Part shown: positions 43,512 through 51,825 of the stretch, in pieces | Layout of the letters: each line of letters opens with the position of its first letter | Position numbering within the stretch: position 1 is the first letter of the stretch | From: an uncultured Acidobacteriaceae bacterium | Lineage (GTDB): Bacteria > Acidobacteriota > Terriglobia > Terriglobales > Acidobacteriaceae | Reading direction: 5' to 3' | Length of the DNA: 64,000 nucleotides | Assembly (NCBI GenBank): GCA_963742455.1 | Contig: CAVULU010000008.1 | Coordinates: 10,593 to 74,592 of the forward strand | Translations under genes and position numbers: made by a program | The notes under the pieces: generated by a model | Database searches by the model: none | What the model was told of the DNA's origin: nothing | What the model saw: the letters and a program-made list of their open reading frames with translations, nothing else

Positions 43512-45029
43512 ATGCCAGCTCACCCTCTTCCCCAGACCCTGGGGGAACTGCGCAGCAGCACCCAGTTTTCTGAAGCTCGCCTCATGACCCGCAGCGTCAA
43601 AGATGAACTGCGCTCGAACCTCATCGCCCGCCTTCAGGCACATGAGACACTTTTTCCCGGCATCGTCGGCTTTGAAGACACGGTTGTCCCGCAGATCGTG
43701 AATGCGGTTCTTTCGCGGCAGAACTTCATCCTGCTCGGCTTGCGCGGGCAGGCGAAGAGCCGCATTCTGCGTGCGCTGACGGCCTTGCTAGACGAACGCA
43801 TACCTTATGTTGCGGGCTGCGAAATCCGCGACAACCCCTATCAGCCAATTTGCAAACGCTGCCGCGACCTGATCGCGAAGTGCGGCGATGCCACGCCCAT
43901 CGCATACATGGGCCGCGATGAACGTTACGTGGAGAAACTGGCCACGCCCGACGTCACCGTTGCTGACCTTGTGGGCGATCTCGACCCGATCAAAGCGGCA
44001 CGCGGCGGCGAGGATCTTTCCAGCGAACTGACCATGCACTACGGACTGCTGCCGCGCGCCAATCGCGGTATCTTCGCCGTCAACGAACTGCCCGACCTTG
44101 CGGGAAAAATACAGGTTGCGCTCTTCAACATCATGCAGGAAGGCGACGTGCAGATTAAGGGCTACCCGGTCCGCCTCGCGCTCGATGTTGCCCTCGTGTT
44201 CAGCGCCAACCCCGAGGACTATACGGCTCGTGGCAAGATCGTGACGCCGCTCAAGGATCGCATTGGCTCCGAGATTCGCACCCACTACCCCGAGACGCTC
44301 GAAGAAGGTATTGCGATCACCGCGCAGGAGGCTTGGTCTGAACGAAACGAAGCGCATATCGACATTCCGCCTTACATCCGCGCCGTCGTGGAACAGGTGG
44401 CATTCTCGGCACGCGAAGACAAAAGAGTGGACAAGCGCAGCGGGGTTAGCCAGCGTCTTCCTATCTCGACCATGGAACTCGTCGTCTCCAACGCCGAACG
44501 CCGCGCGCTGGTGAATAGCGAGAAGGTCGCCGTGCCTCGAATCAGCGACGTCTACGCAGCACTTCCCGGCATCACCGGCAAGCTCGAACTGGAGTACGAA
44601 GGAGAGATGCGCGGCGCAGACATTGTCGTCCGCGAACTCATCCGCACTGCCGTTGGCAAAATATATGACCGCTATTTTGCGGAGACCAACACGCAACAGA
44701 TCGAGCAGTGGTTCAATCTTGGGGGCACCGTCAAGCTTGATGACAACCAGCCAAGCTCGGAAGCGCTGGCGGATCTCAAGAAAATCCAGGGCCTGTTTGA
44801 AAAACTTTCTCCGCTGGCTGTAAAAGTTTCCGACGATCCGGCCAAGGCTGTTGCCGCGGCAGAGTTCTTTCTCGAAGGCCTGGTTTCGCATCGCAAGCTC
44901 AGTCGCAGCGAAGAACGAGGATTTGCAGCACCCGAAAAGCCAAAGCGTAAAGAAGAACGCGACATTGAAGTTGAATTCGACGACTGGCAGCGCGCACGCC
45001 GGTCTGGCCGCGGCGGCGGCTTGAATTAG
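43512..45029 (+). CDS. AAA+ ATPase (Mg-chelatase/MoxR-like clade)
   Basis: Walker A-like GLRGQAKS, ANRGIFAVNELPDL, SANPEDY, PLKDR. Confidence 0.85.
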   Translation: MPAHPLPQTLGELRSSTQFSEARLMTRSVKDELRSNLIARLQAHETLFPGIVGFEDTVVPQIVNAVLSRQNFILLGLRGQAKSRILRALTALLDERIPYVAGCEIRDNPYQPICKRCRDLIAKCGDATPIAYMGRDERYVEKLATPDVTVADLVGDLDPIKAARGGEDLSSELTMHYGLLPRANRGIFAVNELPDLAGKIQVALFNIMQEGDVQIKGYPVRLALDVALVFSANPEDYTARGKIVTPLKDRIGSEIRTHYPETLEEGIAITAQEAWSERNEAHIDIPPYIRAVVEQVAFSAREDKRVDKRSGVSQRLPISTMELVVSNAERRALVNSEKVAVPRISDVYAALPGITGKLELEYEGEMRGADIVVRELIRTAVGKIYDRYFAETNTQQIEQWFNLGGTVKLDDNQPSSEALADLKKIQGLFEKLSPLAVKVSDDPAKAVAAAEFFLEGLVSHRKLSRSEERGFAAPEKPKRKEERDIEVEFDDWQRARRSGRGGGLN

Positions 45030-45053
45030 CCCACGCATCCCGAGGGTGATTGG

Positions 45054-46289
45054 ATGAAGCGCGTTCGCTACACAAAATTTAACGGCGACCTGGCCTCAGA
45101 GATGGACATTGAAGACCTGCTCAAGGCTCTCTCTGACTACCTGCTCGACTCCGGCTTCCGCGATCCTTATCTGCATTTTCAAGACATGGATCACACCCTC
45201 GACGATCTGCGCGAGGCACTGCGTCAGCTTCTCGAATCCGGTGAAATGTTCGACGACCGCATCCGCCAGCAGCTGGAACAAATGGGTGAGCAGGGGAAAC
45301 TGGACGAATTGATCGACAAACTGATTCAACGCATGGAGCAGGAGAACTACATCTCTTACTCGCAGAACATGAGTCCCACGCAGATGTCGCAAATGATGGG
45401 TCAGGCTGGAAACGTTCAGGGCGAAGTCAGGTTTGAAGTCACCGACAAGAGCCTTGATTTTCTGGGCTTCAAGACGCTGCGCGATCTGCTCGGTTCTCTG
45501 GGAAAGTCAAACTTCGGCCGCCACGATACGCGCCACTGGGCTACCGGCGTCGAAGCCCACGGCGCATCGCAGCGCTATGAGTTCGGCGACACGCTGAATC
45601 TGGACACCACCACCACACTCAAGTCCGCAATTTCGCGCGAAGGCATCGGCCTGCCGCTCAATCTTGAGTATGACGATCTGCATGTACATCAGTGCGAGTA
45701 TCAAAGCTCCTGCGCGACCGTGGTGATGCTCGATTGCTCGCATTCGATGATTCTGTATGGCGAGGACAGATTCACTCCGGCGAAGAAAGTCGCGATGGCA
45801 CTGTCGCACCTGATCCGCACACAGTATCCGGGAGACTCACTTTCGCTCGTCCTCTTCCACGACTCCGCCGAAGAACTGCCCGTTTCGCAACTCGCCCGGG
45901 TCAAGGTCGGGCCTTATTACACCAACACCCGCGAAGGTCTTCGAGTGGCCCAGCGCATCCTCGCCCGACAACGCAAGGACATGAAGCAGATTGTGATGAT
46001 TACCGACGGCAAGCCATCGGCGCTCACGTTGCCTGACGGGCGCATCTACAAGAATGCCTATGGCCTCGATCCACTGGTTGTCAGCGAGACGCTGGAAGAA
46101 GTTGCGCGCTGCAAGCGATCCAACATCATGATCAATACCTTCATGCTGGCGTCGGACCTCGGCCTCGTGCAATTCGTGCACAAGGTCTCAGAGATGTGCC
46201 GCGGCAAGGCCTACTTCACCACGCCGGACACCCTGGGCGAGTACCTGCTGATGGACTACATGAATCGCAAATCAAAGACGATTCACTAA
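45054..46289 (+). CDS. VWA-domain protein, partner of the AAA+ ATPase
   Basis: MIDAS DCSHS, T in YYTNT, ITDG. Confidence 0.85.
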   Translation: MKRVRYTKFNGDLASEMDIEDLLKALSDYLLDSGFRDPYLHFQDMDHTLDDLREALRQLLESGEMFDDRIRQQLEQMGEQGKLDELIDKLIQRMEQENYISYSQNMSPTQMSQMMGQAGNVQGEVRFEVTDKSLDFLGFKTLRDLLGSLGKSNFGRHDTRHWATGVEAHGASQRYEFGDTLNLDTTTTLKSAISREGIGLPLNLEYDDLHVHQCEYQSSCATVVMLDCSHSMILYGEDRFTPAKKVAMALSHLIRTQYPGDSLSLVLFHDSAEELPVSQLARVKVGPYYTNTREGLRVAQRILARQRKDMKQIVMITDGKPSALTLPDGRIYKNAYGLDPLVVSETLEEVARCKRSNIMINTFMLASDLGLVQFVHKVSEMCRGKAYFTTPDTLGEYLLMDYMNRKSKTIH

Positions 46290-46328
46290 GGGAAGCGGCC
46301 AGGGATCAGGTTGCACGGAATTACATTC

Positions 46329-47084
46329 TCATCGTTGGCGTTGCAGTTCCTCCACCAGGATCGGCAGACCAAGGTTGAAGGTCTGAACTCCCTGAACGAC
46401 GCAGAGCTTCAGCACTTCCATGATTTCCTCCATGGTCGCGCCGGCTTTCAGTGCGCTCTTGATGTGACGGCGCGTGCCCGGCGCATACATGTGCGTGACG
46501 GATGCATCGAGGGCGATGCTGAGGAGTTCAAGCTCTTTGGACGACATGAGACCGCTCTTGTATACACCCGCTCCCATCGCCATGAATTCGTCGGTGAAAA
46601 CCGGATCGAGTTCAAAGAACGGATCCCACGCTGCGTTCCACTGGCCGATCTTTCGCATGGCATCACAAGCGGGGGTCGGCTCTGTAGCGGTTCGTGGAGT
46701 CAGCTTCACGTCCGCAGCTTTGGCCTCTTCCAGAAGAATGGGAGCGGCCTGACTGCAGCAATGAATGGACAGGACCGATCCGCACTTGAGAGCAAACAGG
46801 ATTTCGTCGCGAGTCGCGCCAGCCTGGAGCGCAGCCCGAATGTGGTGACGTGTTCCCTCGGGATTGAGATTCGTGCAGGCAGCATTCAAGCTGACGCTGA
46901 CCAATTCGATGAATTTGCGCGGGAGAACAGAATGGGTCCATGGATTGGTGCTCATCCTGAAGCAGAGCTCGGCCCATTGCGGATCCCATTCGCGCAGCGT
47001 GTTCAGAGCCGACTCCCAAGGGCCCTGAGGCGCACCAGTTGCGGCATCCGCGTTTTCCCCAGATACCTTCGCTTCGACGCTCAT
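46329..47084 (-). CDS. Tandem-domain carboxymuconolactone decarboxylase (CMD/AhpD-like) protein
   Basis: Two repeats: ELVSVSLNAACT...GTRHHIRAALQAGATRDEI and ELLSIALDASVT...GTRRHIKSALKAGATMEEI. AAGGAG RBS before ATG 47084. Confidence 0.82.
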   Translation of the reverse strand: MSVEAKVSGENADAATGAPQGPWESALNTLREWDPQWAELCFRMSTNPWTHSVLPRKFIELVSVSLNAACTNLNPEGTRHHIRAALQAGATRDEILFALKCGSVLSIHCCSQAAPILLEEAKAADVKLTPRTATEPTPACDAMRKIGQWNAAWDPFFELDPVFTDEFMAMGAGVYKSGLMSSKELELLSIALDASVTHMYAPGTRRHIKSALKAGATMEEIMEVLKLCVVQGVQTFNLGLPILVEELQRQR

Positions 47085-47193
47085 GATTTTCTCCTTTTTA
47101 AATCGCAGTTTTAGCGGTTCCGTGAACAATACGGTACTGTTGCCTGGATTCAAGAAATGCACGTAGCGGCCTTGACCTACCGCCGTGAGCAAT

Positions 47194-47502
47194 TCAAGAA
47201 ATCGCGACCAGGATTATTCCGTCGACGACTTTCGCCGGAAAAGAAGCAACTCCAACGTCCGAAGTGCCCGCGAAGCATCCGTTGGTGACGTCGAACTTCA
47301 TTCCATGTACGGGACACGTGACAATTGTGCCGTCCAGCTTTCCCATTCCCAGAGAGCCACCAGCATGAGGACAGGTATCTGCGATGGCGCAGATGTTTCC
47401 GTCCACGTTGAATATTGCTAGGTCCTTGTCGGCGACGGTGAACCGGGATCCGGCTCCGGGCCGGATTTGATCGAGACCCGTCACTTCGATAAAGTCCGCC
47501 AT
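47194..47502 (-). CDS. Rieske [2Fe-2S] ferredoxin
   Basis: CPH.GGSL..G and CPVHG..FD Rieske ligands; 102 aa. Confidence 0.92.
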   Translation of the reverse strand: MADFIEVTGLDQIRPGAGSRFTVADKDLAIFNVDGNICAIADTCPHAGGSLGMGKLDGTIVTCPVHGMKFDVTNGCFAGTSDVGVASFPAKVVDGIILVAIS

Positions 47503-47561
47503 CGCTGTCGCCTGCAGAAGGAGAATGTTGATCGCAAGATCGCAAAATGTCGTTCGTGTTC

Positions 47562-47590
47562 AGGTCCCTCCCGAATTTCGGGAGGGATCT
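47562..47590. terminator. GC-rich hairpin between BKACE and Rieske genes
   Basis: AGGTCCCTCCCGA-ATT-TCGGGAGGGATCT, 13-bp stem; the T-rich tail lies on the + strand. Confidence 0.55.
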
Positions 47591-47618
47591 TATTTGCGTT
47601 TTAGCTGCGACACCCTTC

Positions 47619-48788
47619 TTAGCTGCTTGCCCCCATCTTGATCGGAATGTCCAGCTTTTCTTCCCATTCCCCGGCGTGAATATGTCCGCATCCGCCCTGG
47701 GCTGCCGGATGGTACATCCCATCCGTCTCATGCACAATGAACCCCATGTTGCCTGGACGGCGGTTGGGCGGCAGGCCGAGGTTGGCTAACGTTTCCTCTG
47801 TGGATTTGTAGGTAACTCCGATCTTCAACATCTGGCGCGCTTGTTCAGGTGTAGCAACGGCACGTCCAAGTTCATTGGCCATGCGCACATGGCGCTCGAT
47901 CATCTGGATCGTCGACATGCGCTTGCCCTTGGTCGTGTCCCACAGGTTGTCTTCGATGCCGGCGCGCGTGTGCTGCCCAAGGGCGATGCAGATAGCCGCG
48001 ACCGGATGGGTAAGACGGAACGTAGTCTGGTAGGTGAAGAAGGAACCATGCGGTGTGCGACGGATGAGTTCCATCAGGTCGAAGGGATTGGACCCGCACA
48101 CGCCTCCGCCGCCGATGCTGAAGAAGCCGTTCATTGGCCCCATGTAGTAGCCCTTGCGAATGAGCCGCTCCACAAGTTCGAGGCTGTGGACGTGGCCGAG
48201 TGCGAAATACGGTTGGATTCCGTGCTGGACCAGGCGCTTGATGTTTTCGAGATAGAAGTCGGGGGTCGAGTCGGCCACAAGGTTGGCCATCGCGTGTAGC
48301 ATCGCCGGATTAGTGAAGCGCGTTCCTTCGAACGCATCATCGACGGGATGCAGCGCCGTCAGATCATAAAGAGATGTTCCGCAGGTGACGGTAACCTGGT
48401 CTGGTTTCGGATCCACTTCGGCCAGCTTGTGACGCGAATCGTAGCTTTGGAACTGCGCTTCTTCGCCCGGTTCAGGGGCAAAAGAGATTGAGCCACCGAG
48501 TTGCAGGATCATCTTCGGAACGGCCTGGCGAAGTCGTCCGATCTGATCGTTGTACTGCTTGAAGTCCTTTGAGATATGACCTGTCTTGGGGTCGCGCACA
48601 TGAATGTGCAGCAACGTTGCACCGGCGTTATAACAGTCCACCGCAGCCTGGACCTGTTCATCCCAGGTGACAGGTAGTTTCTGTTCGGGGGTGCAATCCA
48701 CCGGCATCCACACCGGCCCATAGGGCGCGGCGGTGATCATCAGTGGAGCCTGGTTTTCGGGTAGCAAGGAGTCATCGGTAAAATACAT
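47619..48788 (-). CDS. 3-keto-5-aminohexanoate cleavage enzyme (BKACE) family protein
   Basis: ITAAPYGP, AGAT.LHIHVRD (Zn His pair), GGS, H.RAGIEDNL; GGAGG RBS before ATG 48788. Confidence 0.87.
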   Translation of the reverse strand: MYFTDDSLLPENQAPLMITAAPYGPVWMPVDCTPEQKLPVTWDEQVQAAVDCYNAGATLLHIHVRDPKTGHISKDFKQYNDQIGRLRQAVPKMILQLGGSISFAPEPGEEAQFQSYDSRHKLAEVDPKPDQVTVTCGTSLYDLTALHPVDDAFEGTRFTNPAMLHAMANLVADSTPDFYLENIKRLVQHGIQPYFALGHVHSLELVERLIRKGYYMGPMNGFFSIGGGGVCGSNPFDLMELIRRTPHGSFFTYQTTFRLTHPVAAICIALGQHTRAGIEDNLWDTTKGKRMSTIQMIERHVRMANELGRAVATPEQARQMLKIGVTYKSTEETLANLGLPPNRRPGNMGFIVHETDGMYHPAAQGGCGHIHAGEWEEKLDIPIKMGASS

Positions 48789-49003
48789 TTCTTTCCTCCA
48801 GGGATTGGGCGAGGTCAACTGGCCGGCGCGCGGTCAATTGACCTCTGAAGTCTTTCGGTGTCAGTGCTATTCAGAAACTGAAACGTACCAGCGGGGAATG
48901 GCATTCGAGTCGTTCATTGCCACCTGGGCACTTGGCGCGATCCTGAAGCCGAATATCTGGCATCCGACGGTCGTGAAGGTACGCTTCTCAGCGACCCTGG
49001 CCT

Positions 49004-49021
49004 ACTGTCAGTTGTGACAGT
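49004..49021. promoter_or_regulatory. Perfect palindrome, candidate operator upstream of the BKACE genes
   Basis: ACTGTCA-GTTG-TGACAGT. Confidence 0.4.
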
Positions 49022-49174
49022 GCAGGTTATTTTTCTCCATAAGAAAAACGATGGAGGCGATGGCGCAGACATCTGGGCAGCCACTCTTCGCGCCTGGCTT
49101 TAGAGTGCGGAGATTGGGTCGAACGCCTCACGATTCCAGGTAAATCGCTGACCTCTGAACGTTGTCCTTGTCTT

Positions 49175-50032
49175 TCAGGGCGCCAACTTGCCATCGAACG
49201 TTGGGCAACTGCTTACCTCTCCGCCATCGAGGCCGCGCTTGAACCATTCCGTGCGCTGTGCACTCGATCCATGGGTCCACGACTCCGGACTCACCGCCCG
49301 CCCGCTCATCTTCTGCAGGTTATCGTCGCCAACAGCTGCAGCCGCCTTGAGGGCGCCGGCAACGTCGTCCGCGTGCACGATGTTGCGTTGCTGAGTGCTA
49401 TGCCCCCACACGCCGGCAAAGCAGTCGGCCTGCAACTCGAGATCTACTGACAGCGGATTCTGCGCGTCTTCGTCCTGCTGCGACAGCCGCCGCATCTGCT
49501 GCTCGATCCCGAGCAGCTTCTGCACGTGGTGGCCCAGCTCATGCGCAACCACGTAGGCTTGCGCAAAATCTCCGGTGCTTCCGCCAAATTGCTTGAGTTC
49601 CTGCCAGAACGAGAGGTCGATATACACCTTCTCGTCCTGCGGGCAATAGAAGGGACCGGTGGACGCCTGTGCCGTACCACAGCCCGAGTACGTAAGATCG
49701 CGATACAGCACCAGCTTGGCGCGGCGGTATTGACGGCCATGCGCCGCGAAAATCTGCTCCCAGGTGTTCTGTGCATCATCGAGCACGAAGCTGATAAGGT
49801 GCACATCGCGCTCTTCAGCCGGCGACGCTGTAACCGGCCCGTCGGAAGGTTGGGGCTGCAGATTTGCATCTCCACTGCTGCCGGCAAAGAAGTTGCGCCC
49901 CGTAACCACGCTGATGATCAGCAGCAGGATGAATCCGCCGATCCCCATGCCGCCGCCGAGACCGAAGCCTCCGCCGCTACTTCCCCGGCGATCCTCTATA
50001 TCCGAGCTGACTCCCTGATCCTGCCATTCCAT
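49175..50032 (-). CDS. Neutral zinc metallopeptidase (YpfJ-like)
   Basis: DIEDRRG start, CG......GPFYCP.D, YVVAHELGHHVQ (HExxH), ELQADC, THGSS.QR. Confidence 0.92.
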   Translation of the reverse strand: MEWQDQGVSSDIEDRRGSSGGGFGLGGGMGIGGFILLLIISVVTGRNFFAGSSGDANLQPQPSDGPVTASPAEERDVHLISFVLDDAQNTWEQIFAAHGRQYRRAKLVLYRDLTYSGCGTAQASTGPFYCPQDEKVYIDLSFWQELKQFGGSTGDFAQAYVVAHELGHHVQKLLGIEQQMRRLSQQDEDAQNPLSVDLELQADCFAGVWGHSTQQRNIVHADDVAGALKAAAAVGDDNLQKMSGRAVSPESWTHGSSAQRTEWFKRGLDGGEVSSCPTFDGKLAP

Positions 50033-50138
50033 GACTGCTTCCTCAGTACCTCAGAAGCAGTTTGGCATAAAGCTCAGTCCGCGGCCAGAGACGATTCGCT
50101 CTGGGAATTGCTATCCTGACAGGCAGGAGATCTTTTCA

Positions 50139-51764
50139 GTGGTCAAGCGGCTGGGCGCGGAGTTTGCAGGTTTTGTGCTGGCCGGCTTTCTAGCCTTTAC
50201 AGCAACCGCCCACGCAGCGTGCAACGGCCCTGCCGCACTGGTTGCGCAGCTCAAGACTCATCCGACCACCGAGAACGCTGTCCTGCTGGGCAGCTGGTAT
50301 GCCAGTCACAAGCAATTAGATTGCGCGGTCACAACCTTCCATGCGGCCATGAACGCCGATCCCAATTCGGCGCAACTGCATTACCTCACTGGCCTTGCTT
50401 ATGTCGATGGCGGCCAGACCAGTGACGCACTCTCTGAACTGCAGAAAGCCGTGCAACTCGATCCCCATGTCCTTAAGCCGCATCTCTTGCTGGCGTACGT
50501 TCTTGATCGAACAGGCAAGCGCCAAGAAGCGGAAGAACAGTGGCGCCAGGCAATCGCCATCGATCCAAAGTCTACTATCGCCCTCGAAGGCCTCAGCCAG
50601 GATCTGCTCGATCGCAATGCCTTCATCGACGTAGTAGTCCTGTTACGGAACGTTCCCCGTACTGAAAAGCTCTCCATCGATCTTGCCCGAGCTTTTGGAA
50701 ATCTGAATATGCTCGACGAGGCCCGCGACGTGCTGACCGAGGCGCTGAACGCTCATCCTTCTTCCCTGCCCCTTTCGAGCGCACTCATCGTTGTCCTGGT
50801 GAAGCAGGTTCGTTTTCAGGATGCGATCAACCTCGCGCAGCACATTGCCGATTCCAATCCGAACAATGTGGATGCGGTGGTGCAGTTGTTTCGCATTCTG
50901 GTTCTCACCAACCACATCAACGCTGCGCGGCCTATCGGCCCCAGGCTTCTTGCGCAGCGCCCTCACGATCCTGAAGTTCTCTATCTCAACGGGATCGTTC
51001 TTCGTGCGGTTGGAGACTATCCTGGAGCAAAGACGCTACTGGAGCAATCGGTTGCCGCAGATCCGAATTCTCCCAACTCGCACTACGAACTCGGGATGGT
51101 GCTGGTCTTCCTTAAGGATTGGGCTCCAGCGCGGCAGGAACTTGAGAAGTCCATCGCCATGGGCGCCAAAGAGCCGCAGGCGCACTACCAGCTGGCTCTT
51201 GCCCTGCGTGGACTTGGTGAGACCGAGCAAGCTCAGAAAGAATTCAAGAATTACCAGGATCAGAAGGCAAGCGATGAGTCAAAGCTTGAAGCGTCGATGA
51301 AGGCGTCGCAGGCTGACGACGATCTGAAAAATGACAAGCTGCAGGATGCAATCGGCCATTACAAGGAGGCTGTTGCAGCCGAACCCGATAACGCCAATTT
51401 CAAATACAAGCTGGCCCTCGCTCTTCATCAGGCAGGCGATGCAGACGGTGAGCGTGCACAGCTTGAGCAAGCAGTCCAGTTGAATCCCGACCTCGCGGGC
51501 GCGCAGAATGAACTCGGCTACCTGCTGTCGCGCAGCGGAGATTCGGCCGGCGCCATTCAGCACTTCCAATCAGCCGTGCATGCTGCACCCGGCTACGTCG
51601 ATGCATGGATCAATCTCTCCGCCGAATTTGCGATGGCGGGAAAGTTCCCGGAAGCGCGCGACGCGATCGCGATGGCGTTACGCCTGGAGCCGGAGAACGA
51701 GCAGGCTCAGAAGCTGAACGACCGCCTTTCTCGCGATGCCGCCGCGCAGCAATCCCATCCGTGA
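50139..51764 (+). CDS. Secreted TPR protein with N-terminal C-x33-C motif
   Basis: Signal peptide ..TAHA-A; more than 10 TPR-like repeats (LYLNG, HYELG, HYQLA, NELG). GTG 50139 after GGAG; ORF is open from 50031. Confidence 0.85.
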   Translation: MVKRLGAEFAGFVLAGFLAFTATAHAACNGPAALVAQLKTHPTTENAVLLGSWYASHKQLDCAVTTFHAAMNADPNSAQLHYLTGLAYVDGGQTSDALSELQKAVQLDPHVLKPHLLLAYVLDRTGKRQEAEEQWRQAIAIDPKSTIALEGLSQDLLDRNAFIDVVVLLRNVPRTEKLSIDLARAFGNLNMLDEARDVLTEALNAHPSSLPLSSALIVVLVKQVRFQDAINLAQHIADSNPNNVDAVVQLFRILVLTNHINAARPIGPRLLAQRPHDPEVLYLNGIVLRAVGDYPGAKTLLEQSVAADPNSPNSHYELGMVLVFLKDWAPARQELEKSIAMGAKEPQAHYQLALALRGLGETEQAQKEFKNYQDQKASDESKLEASMKASQADDDLKNDKLQDAIGHYKEAVAAEPDNANFKYKLALALHQAGDADGERAQLEQAVQLNPDLAGAQNELGYLLSRSGDSAGAIQHFQSAVHAAPGYVDAWINLSAEFAMAGKFPEARDAIAMALRLEPENEQAQKLNDRLSRDAAAQQSHP

Positions 51765-51825
51765 TCCAACTCGCAAGTGATTGGCGGTTGCACCGCGACA
51801 ATGTGAGAATGAAGAAGCTCAAAGG

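Noticed and set aside
41213-45038. Long minus-strand ORFs 41213-42496 (427 aa) and 43788-45038 (416 aa)
   Set aside because: They lie fully opposite well-supported genes, show no motifs, and are typical GC-rich codon shadows.
46311-47114. 267-aa plus-strand ORF over the CMD gene
   Set aside because: No recognisable motifs; the minus-strand CMD has a clear RBS and a duplicated domain.
48940-49000. GCTGAGA on the minus strand upstream of BKACE, suggesting a TPP riboswitch
   Set aside because: The downstream ACCTGA / GNTAAT...GCGNAGG core elements are missing.
50208-50222. Lipoprotein call for the TPR at 50139 (AHAAC)
   Set aside because: His at -3 breaks the lipobox; AHA-A fits signal peptidase I, and the Cys pairs with the C-x33-C partner.
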